Translations under genes and position numbers: made by a program
Assembly: GCA_018241895.1 (NCBI GenBank)
Contig: JAFECX010000238.1
Span: 2,996-66,995 of the forward strand
Direction: 5' to 3'
Origin: Pseudomonadota bacterium
GTDB taxonomy: Bacteria; Pseudomonadota; Gammaproteobacteria; Burkholderiales; Burkholderiaceae_C
DNA: 64,000 nt
The notes under the pieces: generated by a model
The model's database searches: none
Seen by the model: the letters and a program-made list of their open reading frames with translations, nothing else
What the model was told of the DNA's origin: nothing
Shown here: positions 54,269-64,000 of the stretch, piece after piece
Numbering within the stretch: position 1 is the first letter of the stretch
Layout: each line of letters opens with the position of its first letter

Positions 54269-54295
54269 TTGGCACTCACGATGCGAGAGTGCTAA
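54269..54295. promoter_or_regulatory. CIRCE element (HrcA operator) upstream of rpoH
   Basis: TTGGCACTC-N9-GAGTGCTAA, one mismatch to TTAGCACTC-N9-GAGTGCTAA. Confidence 0.9.
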
Positions 54296-54336
54296 TATCG
54301 ACCGAACCAAGACCTTCGACAGGAATCCCACGCCGC

Positions 54337-55296
<960 letters not shown>

Positions 55297-55353
55297 AGAC
55301 GCCGCGCGCACGCCGTGCCCGACGTCGAAGCCGGGCCGTGCACGGTGCGCGTC

Positions 55354-55983
55354 TCAGCCCTTCTCGTCCAGCAGTCGCTTCAGGTCGGCGCGCAGCCCGC
55401 TCGGATCGGCGCCGTAGCGGGTGAAGAGCCGCAGCCGGCCGTGCGTGTCGAAGACGTAGCTGCCGGCCGTGTGGTCCATGGTGTAGGTGTCTTCGGACGA
55501 GCCTGGCACCTTGGCGTAGAAGACCTTGAACTCCTTGGCCGCGGCCTGCGTCTGCGCGGCGTCGCCGCGCAGCGCGACGAAGTCGGGGCCGAAGTTCGCG
55601 ACATAGGCCCCGAGCACCTCGGGCGTGTCGCGCTCGGGGTCAACGGTGACGAAGATCGGCTGCACGCGCTCGCCGTCCGCGCCCAGTGCCTTCTTCGCCG
55701 CCGCGAGCTCGAGCATCGTCGTCGGACAGACGTCGGGGCAGTGCGTGTAACCGAAGAACACGACCGTGACCTTGCCCTTGAAGTCGTCGAGCGAGCGCAT
55801 CCTGCCCTTGGCATCGGGCAGGCGCAGCGTGCGCGCATAGTCGGCGCCGGTGATGTCGATGGCGTGGAACGCGCTCGCGCGGCCGCCGCCGCCGAGAGCC
55901 GAAATGCGATCGCAGCCTGAGACGGCGAGCGCCGCGGCGAGCGCCGCGGCCGCACCGAGCAAGGTCACAGAGCGGACAGCCAT
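55354..55983 (-). CDS. SCO1/SenC copper chaperone (lipoprotein)
   Basis: Lipobox VSGC; [12 protein letters not shown]; VDPERD; DHTA. Confidence 0.9.
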   Translation of the reverse strand: MAVRSVTLLGAAAALAAALAVSGCDRISALGGGGRASAFHAIDITGADYARTLRLPDAKGRMRSLDDFKGKVTVVFFGYTHCPDVCPTTMLELAAAKKALGADGERVQPIFVTVDPERDTPEVLGAYVANFGPDFVALRGDAAQTQAAAKEFKVFYAKVPGSSEDTYTMDHTAGSYVFDTHGRLRLFTRYGADPSGLRADLKRLLDEKG

Positions 55984-56882
55984 GGAGCGAGCCAGTGATC
56001 GGCCAGCAGCGCCGAGAACAACGCCGACAGATGCCAGATGGAAAAACGGAACGTGCGGCGCGCCAGCGCCTCGCTGTAGTCGCGCCACAGGCGCCACGCG
56101 TACATCACGAAGCGCGCGCCCAGCGCCAGCGCCGCGACCAGATAGAGCCAGCCGCTCATGCCGAAGGCGAAGGGCAGCAGCGTCGCCGCCAGCAGCAGCA
56201 GCGTGTACAGCAGGATCTGCAGCCGCGTGAACTGCGAGCCGTGCGTCACCGGCAGCATCGGCAGCCCGGCACGCCGGTATTCGTCGGCGCGGTACAGCGC
56301 CAGCGCCCAGAAGTGTGGCGGCGTCCACAGGAAGATGACGAGAAAGAGCAGCAGCGCCTCGGCGCTCACCTCGCCGCTCATCGCCGCCCAGCCGAGCACC
56401 GGCGGCATCGCCCCCGAGGCGCCGCCGATGACGATGTTCTGCGGCGTCAGCGGCTTGAGCACGACCGTGTAGATCACCGCGTAGCCGACGAAGGTGGCGA
56501 AGGTGAGCCACATCGTGAGCGCGTTGACCCAGATCCACAGCACGGCGCTGCCCAGCGCACACAGCAGCATCGAGAACAGCAGCGTCTGCGCCGTCGTCAG
56601 CTCGCCCTTGGCGGTCGGCCGCCACGCGGTGCGCGTCATGCGGCGGTCGATGTGCTGCTCGACGACGCAGTTGAACGCCGCCGCCGCCGCCGCGACGAGC
56701 CAGATGCCGGCGATGGCCGGCGCCGCGACGCGCCAGTCGGGCAGCCCGGGCTGCGCCAGCAGCATGCCGATGAAGGCGCAGAACACGATCAGCTGCACCA
56801 CGCGCGGCTTGGTCAGCACATAGAACTGTGCCAGGCGCGAGCGCGTGCGCTCGCTTCGGGCTACGGCGATCGTCTCGGCCAT
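55965..56882 (-). CDS. ctaB: Protoheme IX farnesyltransferase (heme O synthase)
   Basis: [37 protein letters not shown]. Confidence 0.95.
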   Translation of the reverse strand: MAETIAVARSERTRSRLAQFYVLTKPRVVQLIVFCAFIGMLLAQPGLPDWRVAAPAIAGIWLVAAAAAAFNCVVEQHIDRRMTRTAWRPTAKGELTTAQTLLFSMLLCALGSAVLWIWVNALTMWLTFATFVGYAVIYTVVLKPLTPQNIVIGGASGAMPPVLGWAAMSGEVSAEALLLFLVIFLWTPPHFWALALYRADEYRRAGLPMLPVTHGSQFTRLQILLYTLLLLAATLLPFAFGMSGWLYLVAALALGARFVMYAWRLWRDYSEALARRTFRFSIWHLSALFSALLADHWLAPWLSAL

Positions 56883-56995
56883 CTCGCGAGGCATTCTAGG
56901 CAGCCGGCCGCGATGTCCGCGTCGCTCGGGGTCTGCCGCGCGCGGCGCACGCAGTGCAGGGAACAGTCGCAGCCACGGTCATTCGATGGCGAGGC

Positions 56996-57634
56996 TCAGC
57001 GCCCCGGCTGATCCCAGCCCGCCGAGGCGCGCAGCAGCCGTTCGAGGTCGCGTTTGACGGCCGCGGGCTCGGGCGCCGGCGGCATGCGCATCATCCACTC
57101 GCCCATCGGATCGACGATGTACAGGTGCTCGTCGAGCCGATGCCCGTCGGCCGCCTGCAGCCAGGCCGCCAGCGCGCCGCGATCGACGCGCAGCACCGTC
57201 GTGGGCGGCGCCGCATCGAGCGCGGCACGCAGCGCCGGGCGCACCGGGGCGGCGTCGTCGACGAGCCAGACCTTGTCGACCCGGTCGCGCTCGCGTCCGA
57301 GCATCTCGCGCAGCTGACGCTGCGTGTACAGGCGCCGCTCGCAATCGGCATCGCAGGCGCCGCCGCCGACGACGACGAGCAGCCACTGACCGTGCAGCGA
57401 CGCCGCGCTCACCGCCTGCCCGTCGAGCGTCGCCAGCGGCAGCGCCGCCGGCAGCGCACGCGTGGGTTCGATCAGTGCGCCGTAGTTCGTGCGCGCGCCG
57501 GGGCGGATCACGTAGTAGGTGAAGTACGAGGCGATGACCGGCGCCGCGAACAGCGCGAGCAGCAGCAGCAGCTTGCGGCGGCCGCTGCGCCGGCGCCGCT
57601 CGTGGGCGGCCGGTGCCGTGGCGGGCGCCGCCAT
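56996..57634 (-). CDS. Conserved membrane-anchored thioredoxin/SCO-like oxidase assembly protein
   Basis: N-terminal TM, TNYGALIEP, CxxxC (CDADC), YIVDPMGEWMM. Confidence 0.7.
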   Translation of the reverse strand: MAAPATAPAAHERRRRSGRRKLLLLLALFAAPVIASYFTYYVIRPGARTNYGALIEPTRALPAALPLATLDGQAVSAASLHGQWLLVVVGGGACDADCERRLYTQRQLREMLGRERDRVDKVWLVDDAAPVRPALRAALDAAPPTTVLRVDRGALAAWLQAADGHRLDEHLYIVDPMGEWMMRMPPAPEPAAVKRDLERLLRASAGWDQPGR

Positions 57635-57635
57635 G

Positions 57636-58400
57636 TCACGCACCGTGCGCCCCGGCGGCGCGAGCGGCACGCGTGGCGCATCGAGGCCGCAGGATTTGGA
57701 ACCAGACATACAGACCCAGCACGAGCGCCGAGAGCGCGAACCACTGGAAGGCATAGCCGTAGTGCTTTTGCACGTCGACCGGCGGCGGCGGCCACTGGCG
57801 CAGCAGGCCATCGGCCGCCGGTGTCGCCGCGCCCGGCTCGTCCTCCTGCAGCACGACCAGCGGCAGCAGCGGCAGGCGGATCTCGCGTGCGTACTCGGCG
57901 ACATCGACATTCTGCCGGATCGGCCGCGCCCCTGCCGGCTCGGGGCCTAGCGCGAAATAGTGCGATGCGCCGGCGGCAATGCGCCCGTAGACCTGCACCA
58001 GGCCCTCGGGCGGCGCCGGCGCCGTGATGTGCGTGCGCTCGGCCGCATCGCGCGGCCACCAGCCGCGCTGCACGAGCACGGCGCGCCCGTCGCCCAGCAC
58101 CAGCGGCGTGACGGCGTAAAAGCCGGCACGCCCGTTCATCGAGCGGTTGTCGAGCCAGACGGTGGCATCGGCACGCCAGCGGCCCTGCAGTCGCACCGCG
58201 CGCTGCAACTGGCCGTCCAGCACGGCCGGATCGCGCGACAGATCCGCCGCCGCCAGCGGCGGCAACACGCGCCGGTGCTCGAGTTGCGCCTGCAGCGCGA
58301 GCTTGTGCTGCGCGCGCGTAACCTGCCAGCCGCCGAGCCAGGCCGTGAGCGCGCAGGCAGCGAGCGCCGCCAGCAGCACGAGCACGCGGCGCCCGTTCAT
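57636..58400 (-). CDS. SURF1-family protein
   Basis: LGGWQ..RAQHK, LDNR, VLVQRGW, HYGYAFQWF. Confidence 0.9.
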   Translation of the reverse strand: MNGRRVLVLLAALAACALTAWLGGWQVTRAQHKLALQAQLEHRRVLPPLAAADLSRDPAVLDGQLQRAVRLQGRWRADATVWLDNRSMNGRAGFYAVTPLVLGDGRAVLVQRGWWPRDAAERTHITAPAPPEGLVQVYGRIAAGASHYFALGPEPAGARPIRQNVDVAEYAREIRLPLLPLVVLQEDEPGAATPAADGLLRQWPPPPVDVQKHYGYAFQWFALSALVLGLYVWFQILRPRCATRAARAAGAHGA

Positions 58401-58433
58401 CGGGCGCGGCACCGCGTGGGAAAATCCGGCGCG

Positions 58434-58667
58434 ATGAAGGTCGTCATCGTGCTCGTGCTCGCCGCCGTGCTGGCGGCGCTGGCCAGCGCGGGCGTGTTCA
58501 TGCTGCGCCGGCGACCCGAGGACGACGAGCGGCCGACCGAGCGCAGCCGCCGCATGGCGCGCGCGCTGGCGCTGCGCGTGGCGCTGTCGGTGGCCTTGTT
58601 CGTCCTCATCCTGCTCGCCTGGTTCTTCGGCTGGATCCAGCCCACGGGCTTGCCGGCCGGCTCCTGA
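58434..58667 (+). CDS. Twin-transmembrane small protein (DUF2909/HIG1-like)
   Basis: Two TM helices, ALALRVALSV; opposite strand between coxC and SURF1. Confidence 0.8.
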   Translation: MKVVIVLVLAAVLAALASAGVFMLRRRPEDDERPTERSRRMARALALRVALSVALFVLILLAWFFGWIQPTGLPAGS

Positions 58668-58756
58668 GCGCCACGCGGACCGGGCGGCGCCACCGCCCAC
58701 CGGCCGTGGGCGATCGAGCGAAGCCGCCAGGCCACGTCTGCACGCGAGGCCACGCC

Positions 58757-58785
58757 AAAAATTTCAAGGGCGCCCGCGGGCGCCC
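58757..58785 (-). terminator. Probable Rho-independent terminator after coxC
   Basis: GGGCGCCCGCGGGCGCCC palindrome followed on the minus strand by TTGAAATTTT. Confidence 0.55.
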
Positions 58786-58806
58786 CGGACGTGCCCCGCG
58801 CCGGCT

Positions 58807-59688
58807 TCAGAGCCAGTACACGAGGAAGTAAAGGCCGAGCCAGACGACGTCGACGAAGTGCCAGTACCAGGCCGCACCCTCGAAGCCGAAATGACGCTCG
58901 GGCGTGAAGTGCCCCTTCATCAGCCGCAATGTGATGAAGATCAGCATCAGCGTGCCGACGAAGACGTGGAAGCCGTGAAACCCGGTCAGCATGAAGAACG
59001 TGCTGCCGAAGACACCCGAGCTCAGCTTGAGGTTGAGGGACTCGTAGGCATGCGCGTACTCGTAGCCCTGCACGACCAGGAACGAGGCTCCCAGCAACAC
59101 CGTGACCCACATCCAGAAGACGGTCGTGGCGCGTCGGTTGGACAGCAGCGCGTGATGCGCGATCGTGATCGTCACGCCCGAGGTCAGCAGCAACGCGGTG
59201 TTGATGGTCGGCAGCGGCCACGGACCGATGACGCCGAAGGGCGACACGGTGTCGGTGGGCGACGCGGTGCCGCCGCCGGCGCTGGGCCACGCGGCCTTGA
59301 AGTCGGGCCACAGGATCTGGTTCTCGATGTCGCCGAGCATCGGCACCGAGAACGAGCGCGCCCAGAACAGCGCGCCGAAGAAGGCGCCGAAGAACATCAC
59401 CTCGCTGAAGATGAACCAGCTCATGCTCCAGCGGTACGACGCGTCGACGCGCATCGAGTACAGATGGCCCTCGCTCTCGCCGACCGCCTGGTGGAACCAG
59501 CGGAACACCACCGTGATCCAGACCAGCACCCCGGCCAGCAGAACGTAGGCGCCCCAGCCCTGGCCGTTCATCCACTGCGCGCCGCCGAAGACGATCAGCA
59601 GCATGCCGAAGGCCACCTGGACCGGGAACTGCGACGGCGCAGGAACGAAGTAGTGCGGCGTGCGGCCGCTCGGGGTGGTCGATGCCAT
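58807..59688 (-). CDS. ctaE: Cytochrome c oxidase subunit III
   Basis: WFIFSEVMFF, TGFHGFHV, AAWYWHFVDVVW. Confidence 0.95.
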   Translation of the reverse strand: MASTTPSGRTPHYFVPAPSQFPVQVAFGMLLIVFGGAQWMNGQGWGAYVLLAGVLVWITVVFRWFHQAVGESEGHLYSMRVDASYRWSMSWFIFSEVMFFGAFFGALFWARSFSVPMLGDIENQILWPDFKAAWPSAGGGTASPTDTVSPFGVIGPWPLPTINTALLLTSGVTITIAHHALLSNRRATTVFWMWVTVLLGASFLVVQGYEYAHAYESLNLKLSSGVFGSTFFMLTGFHGFHVFVGTLMLIFITLRLMKGHFTPERHFGFEGAAWYWHFVDVVWLGLYFLVYWL

Positions 59689-59723
59689 CTCGATCAATCT
59701 CCTCGGAATCGTTGGTCTCTTCT

Positions 59724-59963
59724 CTAGCCGGCGACGCCGTTGCGCACGACCCAGCCGATCAGCAGCAGCAGTGCGGCGACGAACAGCGCCACGCCCAGCA
59801 AAGCGCCGACGACGACGTGCACCGGATCGAGCCGCTCGGCGTCGCGCTCCAGCCCGCTGCGGCGACGCACGCCGAAGAACGACCAGGCGACGGCGCGCAC
59901 GGTCTGCAGCAGCGCCGCCTGGCGCGGCGCGTCGGCCGCTCGCGTGTCCGCGTCGCGGTTCAC
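59724..59963 (-). CDS. DUF2970-family small membrane protein
   Basis: AVAWSFFGVR...D; position in cox cluster. Confidence 0.75.
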   Translation of the reverse strand: MNRDADTRAADAPRQAALLQTVRAVAWSFFGVRRRSGLERDAERLDPVHVVVGALLGVALFVAALLLLIGWVVRNGVAG

Positions 59964-60583
59964 GTCGCCCCCCTCGCTGCGAGCGCCGCCGCTGCCGCGG
60001 CCGGCGCCGCGAGCCCCTTGCCGCCAACCTCGAAGAACGTGTACGACAACGTGATCGTGCTCACGCTGCGCGGCAGCTTGGGGTCGATGAAGAACACCAC
60101 CGGCCACTCGCGGCGCTCGCCCGGCGCCAGCGTGTACTCGTTGAAGCAGAAGCACTGCAGCTTGTTGAAGTAGCCCATCGCCTGGCCCGGCGCGTAGCTG
60201 GCAATGGCCTGCGCGGCCATGGTCCGGTTCTGCACGTTGCGGAACTCGTACATCACGGTGGCCAGTTCGCCGGGGTGCACCTGCAGCGAGCGCACCGCGG
60301 GCTTGAATTCCCACGGCCCACGCGCGTTGGTGTCGAACTCGACCGTGATCGTGCGCGTCGCGTCGACCTGCGTGTTGGACGGCACGGCGGCGGCGCCGTT
60401 CCAGTCGCGGCTGCGCTGCTCGGAGAGCGTCAGCACGTTGATGCCCAGCGCCTCGCAGATCGCGCGATACATCGGCACCAGCGCGTAGCCGAAGCCGAAC
60501 ATCACGAGCGCGATCACCGCCAGCTTGCCCAGCATGCGGTGGTTGTCGGCGCCGGGCGGCGCGCGGCGTGCGCTGCGATCCAT
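59960..60583 (-). CDS. ctaG: Cytochrome c oxidase assembly protein Cox11/CtaG
   Basis: ALVPMYRAIC, YFNKLQCFCF, LSYTFF. Confidence 0.95.
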   Translation of the reverse strand: MDRSARRAPPGADNHRMLGKLAVIALVMFGFGYALVPMYRAICEALGINVLTLSEQRSRDWNGAAAVPSNTQVDATRTITVEFDTNARGPWEFKPAVRSLQVHPGELATVMYEFRNVQNRTMAAQAIASYAPGQAMGYFNKLQCFCFNEYTLAPGERREWPVVFFIDPKLPRSVSTITLSYTFFEVGGKGLAAPAAAAAALAARGAT

Positions 60584-60584
60584 C

Positions 60585-60701
60585 TCAGGGCCTGAGCAGC
60601 ACGATCTTGGCCACGAAGCCCAGCGCCAGCGCGAGCGCGATCGAGGCCAGGATGAGCGCCAAGCGCACGTTGGCCCTGCGCTTGTCCGGAGTCCGATCCA
60701 T
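60585..60701 (-). CDS. Cytochrome oxidase small assembly protein (38 aa)
   Basis: KRRANVRLALILASIALALALGFVAK; position between coxA and ctaG. Confidence 0.7.
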   Translation of the reverse strand: MDRTPDKRRANVRLALILASIALALALGFVAKIVLLRP

Positions 60702-60736
60702 GGGCTGAGCAGCGCGCACGGCGTCGTCGCTGGCGC

Positions 60737-62377
60737 TCAGGCCACCACCCGGGTGGCGTCTGCGCTCAGCTTGGGCGGCGTCTCGAAGGTGTGCCACGGT
60801 GCCGGCGACGGCACCTCCCACTCGAGCCCCTCGGCGCCGTCCCAGGGCTTCTGCGGCGCCGGTTCGCCCTTGCCGCGCAGCATCGGCAGCACGACGGCGA
60901 AGAAGAAGTAGACCTGCATGAGCCCGAAGCCGAAGCCGCCGATCGAGGCCACCATGTTGAAGTCGGCGAACTGCATCGGGTAGTCGGCGTAGCGTCGCGG
61001 CATGCCGGCCAGGCCGAGGAAGTGCATCGGGAAGAAGGTGAGGTTGAAGGTGATCATCGAACCCCAGAAATGGATCTTGCCGCGCGTCTCGGAGTACATC
61101 ACGCCGCTCCACTTCGGACCCCAGTAGTAGACGGCGGCGAACATCGCGAACAGCGAGCCGGCCACCAGCACGTAGTGGAAGTGCGCCACCACGTAGTAGG
61201 TGTCCTGGATCTGCGTGTCGACCGGCGCCATCGCGCACACGACACCGGTGAAGCCGCCGATCACGAACACGAAGATGAAACCCACCGCCCACAGCATCGG
61301 CGCCTCGAAGCTCATCGAACCGCGCCACATCGTGGCGGTCCAGTTGAAGACCTTCACGCCGGTGGGCACGGCGATCAGCATCGTCGCGTACATGAAGAAC
61401 AGCTGCCCCGTCACCGGCATGCCGGTGGTGAACATGTGGTGCGCCCAGACGATCATCGACAGGATCGCGATCGACGCCGTCGCGTACACCATCGACGTGT
61501 AGCCGAACAGCTTCTTGCGCGCGAACGCGGGGATGATCTGGCTGATCATGCCGAACGCCGGCAGGATCATGATGTAGACCTCGGGGTGCCCGAAGAACCA
61601 GAAGATGTGCTGGTACATGATCGGGTCGCCGCCGCCGGCGGCGCTGAAGAACGAGGTGCCGAAGTGGCGGTCGGTGAGCGTCATCGTCAGCGCCCCGGCC
61701 AGCACCGGCATCACCGCGATCAGCAGGTAGGCGGTGATCAGCCAGGTCCACGAGAACATCGGCAGCTTCATCAGCGTCATCCCCGGCGCGCGCAGGTTGA
61801 GGATGGTGACGATGATGTTGATCGAGCCCATGATCGAGCTCATGCCCATGATGTGGATCGCGAAGATCGCGAAGTCCATCGACGGGCCCATCTGCAGCGT
61901 GAGCGGGGCATAGAGCGTCCAGCCCGTCGCCGGCGCGCCGCCGGGCATGAAGAACGCCGCCACGAGCAGGATCGCCGACGGGATCAGCAGCCAGAAGCTG
62001 AGGTTGTTCATGCGCGCGAAGGCCATGTCCGACGCGCCGATCTGCAGCGGGATCATCCAGTTCGCGAAGCCCACGAACGCCGGCATGATGGCGCCGAACA
62101 CCATGATCAGGCCATGCATCGTGGTCAGCTGGTTGAACATCTCCGGGTTGAAGAACTGCAGCCCGGGTTCGAACAGCTCGGCGCGGATCCCCATCGCCAG
62201 CACGCCGCCCACCATCAGCATCGTGAAGCTGAACAGCAGGTACATCGTGCCGATGTCCTTGTGGTTGGTGGCGAACAGCCAGCGCCGCCAGCCGTGCGGC
62301 TGGGCATGGGCATGATCGTCGTGGCCGGCATGGTCGACGTGGCCGGCATGGCCGCCGGGCTGGAGCACTGCACTCAT
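60737..62377 (-). CDS. ctaD: Cytochrome c oxidase subunit I (A1 type)
   Basis: [34 protein letters not shown]. Confidence 0.97.
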   Translation of the reverse strand: MSAVLQPGGHAGHVDHAGHDDHAHAQPHGWRRWLFATNHKDIGTMYLLFSFTMLMVGGVLAMGIRAELFEPGLQFFNPEMFNQLTTMHGLIMVFGAIMPAFVGFANWMIPLQIGASDMAFARMNNLSFWLLIPSAILLVAAFFMPGGAPATGWTLYAPLTLQMGPSMDFAIFAIHIMGMSSIMGSINIIVTILNLRAPGMTLMKLPMFSWTWLITAYLLIAVMPVLAGALTMTLTDRHFGTSFFSAAGGGDPIMYQHIFWFFGHPEVYIMILPAFGMISQIIPAFARKKLFGYTSMVYATASIAILSMIVWAHHMFTTGMPVTGQLFFMYATMLIAVPTGVKVFNWTATMWRGSMSFEAPMLWAVGFIFVFVIGGFTGVVCAMAPVDTQIQDTYYVVAHFHYVLVAGSLFAMFAAVYYWGPKWSGVMYSETRGKIHFWGSMITFNLTFFPMHFLGLAGMPRRYADYPMQFADFNMVASIGGFGFGLMQVYFFFAVVLPMLRGKGEPAPQKPWDGAEGLEWEVPSPAPWHTFETPPKLSADATRVVA

Positions 62378-62408
62378 CGGGTCGTCCTCGGGATCTGGGT
62401 CTGGGCGG

Positions 62409-63587
62409 TTACTGCTTGCGCGCGGCCGCCACTTCGGCCGGCTGCACGAGCTTGCCGGTCTTGTTGCTCCACGAGTTCTTCGTGTAGGTCACGACGGCGG
62501 CGATCTCGGTGTCGGACAGCTGCTTGCTCCACGACGGCATCGCGCCGTTCAGGCGCCCGTCGAGCACGGTGCGGATCTCGCCCGCCGGGTCGTCGAGCAC
62601 GATCGCGCTGCCGTCCAGCGGCTTGATCGGGCCCGCCCCCTTGCCGTCGGGGCGGTGGCAGGCAGCGCAGTTGGCGCTGTAGACCTTCTGGCCGCGCGCG
62701 ACGAGTTCGTCGAGCGTCCACTCCTTGTTCGGGTCGTCGGCGGCCGCGGCCAGCGCCTTGCGCTTGCCGTCCACCCACTGGCTGTAATCCTCGGCGCCGA
62801 GCACGCGCACGTGGATCGGCATGTAGGCGTGCTCCTTGCCGCACAGTTCGGCGCACTGCCCGTAGTAGTCGCCCGTCTTCTCGGCGCGGAACCAGGTGTC
62901 GCGCACGAAGCCGGGAATGGCGTCTTGCTTGACGCCGAAGGCCGGCACCATCCAGGCGTGGATGACGTCGCCCGCGGTGGTGATGACGCGGACCTTCTTG
63001 TTCACCGGCACGACCAGCGGGTTGTCGACCTGGAGCAGGTAGTTGTCCAGCGGCGGCGGCTTGCCGCTGTTGGACATGTCGCGCTGCGCCGGGTCCAGCA
63101 TCGAGAAGAAGCCGATGCCCTCGCCCTCCCCCTTGAGGTAGTCGTAGCCCCACTTCCACTGGTAGCCGGTGGCCTTGATCGTGAGATCGGCGTTGGAGGT
63201 GTCCTTCTGCGCCACCACGGTGCGCGTGGCCAGCGCGCCCAGCGTGACGACGATCAGGAACGGCACCAGCGTCCACGCGATCTCGACGCCGACGCTTTCG
63301 TGGAAGTGCGCCGCCTTGTAGCCGACCGAGCGCCGGTGCCTGACGATCGAGTACAGCATCACGCCGAACACGATGACGAAGATCACCAGGCACACGAGGT
63401 TCGTCAGGTCGTGCAGCCACATCTGCTGCGCGGCGATGCGCGTCACCGGCGGGTGAAGGTTGATCTGATTGACCGCCGGCCCGCCCGGCAGGTCGTTCAC
63501 GCTGGCGGCGCGCGCCAGGCCCGCCGCGAGCGCAGCGGCCGTGAACGAGGCAAGGCGGGCGAGGGGCATCCCGGGAGACTTCGTCAT
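62409..63587 (-). CDS. ctaC: Cytochrome c oxidase subunit II with C-terminal cytochrome c
   Basis: DVIHAW, CuA motif [12 protein letters not shown], heme motif CAACH; start uncertain (63587, 63603 or 63570). Confidence 0.95.
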   Translation of the reverse strand: MTKSPGMPLARLASFTAAALAAGLARAASVNDLPGGPAVNQINLHPPVTRIAAQQMWLHDLTNLVCLVIFVIVFGVMLYSIVRHRRSVGYKAAHFHESVGVEIAWTLVPFLIVVTLGALATRTVVAQKDTSNADLTIKATGYQWKWGYDYLKGEGEGIGFFSMLDPAQRDMSNSGKPPPLDNYLLQVDNPLVVPVNKKVRVITTAGDVIHAWMVPAFGVKQDAIPGFVRDTWFRAEKTGDYYGQCAELCGKEHAYMPIHVRVLGAEDYSQWVDGKRKALAAAADDPNKEWTLDELVARGQKVYSANCAACHRPDGKGAGPIKPLDGSAIVLDDPAGEIRTVLDGRLNGAMPSWSKQLSDTEIAAVVTYTKNSWSNKTGKLVQPAEVAAARKQ

Positions 63588-63615
63588 CTTCGTCGGTTCC
63601 ATGGTCGAAACTGGG

Positions 63616-64000
63616 CTATACGCAATGGGCGCCGGGGCGCAGATCCGGGGTCCGCTCGAGCGCCGCTCGGCGCAGTGCGCCACGCAACTCGCGCGCGAAG
63701 ACGCTGCGATGCTCGCGCCGCAGGTGGCGACCCACGCGCACGCGCCGGCCCTGGCCGCTGAGCTCGATCAGCGAGCCCTCGCCCGTGCTCGGCTCGACGT
63801 GCAGCCAGTCGGCGGCGAAATCGGTGCGCTCGACCCGGCTGCCGCACCGCTGCTCGACCCGCAGCGAGCGGCCCACGAGCGTCAGCACGTCGCAGTCGCA
63901 GGCGTGGCGTGCGAACACGAAAAGCGCGGCGCCGAGCAGCACCAGTTCGATGCCGGTGAAGCCGAGCACGTAGCTCGCGCCCTGCCAGAAGCACAAGCCG
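63616..64000 (-). CDS. DUF2244-family membrane protein (5' end outside window)
   Basis: GFTGIELV, VRVGRHL; usual position upstream of coxB. Confidence 0.7.
   Translation of the reverse strand, partial: GLCFWQGASYVLGFTGIELVLLGAALFVFARHACDCDVLTLVGRSLRVEQRCGSRVERTDFAADWLHVEPSTGEGSLIELSGQGRRVRVGRHLRREHRSVFARELRGALRRAALERTPDLRPGAHCV

Noticed and set aside
62300-62377. His-rich N-terminus of cytochrome oxidase subunit I
   Set aside because: Common in betaproteobacterial subunit I; not distinctive

Overview
High-GC betaproteobacterial chromosome segment, probably Burkholderiales (inferred from the conserved dsbC-ubiH-MOSC-ychF and cox-rpoH gene order). Left to right: (i) a plus-strand Wzx/Wzy/Wzz surface-glycan cluster (1-10801); (ii) a complete Xps-type type II secretion system (T2SS) split at the gspE/gspF junction. 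The split holds a 672-aa Sec-exported, Ala/Gly/Asn/Thr/Val-rich S-layer-like gene with its own terminator and a SoxY-fold gene lacking the GGCGG arm, and a lipoprotein alpha/beta-hydrolase follows gspE (10811-26270 overall); (iii) ugd, wecB and a second, minus-strand glycan cluster with a flippase, two methyltransferases, three glycosyltransferases and an aminotransferase/phosphoglycosyl transferase/dehydratase trio (26509-42395); (iv) housekeeping genes: lysS, enoyl-CoA hydratase, dsbC, ubiH-like, ychF, a hybrid histidine kinase, CIRCE-rpoH and the aa3-type cytochrome c oxidase cluster, which lacks ctaA/cox15. The glycan genes are interspersed with intact and decaying toxin-antitoxin (TA) modules, a Uma2 nuclease and short tandem repeats. 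Best candidate for an undescribed system: a dedicated S-layer export module (substrate + SoxY-fold accessory + T2SS) embedded between two glycan clusters. No rRNA, tRNA, CRISPR array, transposase or integrase was recognised. All family assignments come from motifs read by eye; no database search was run.
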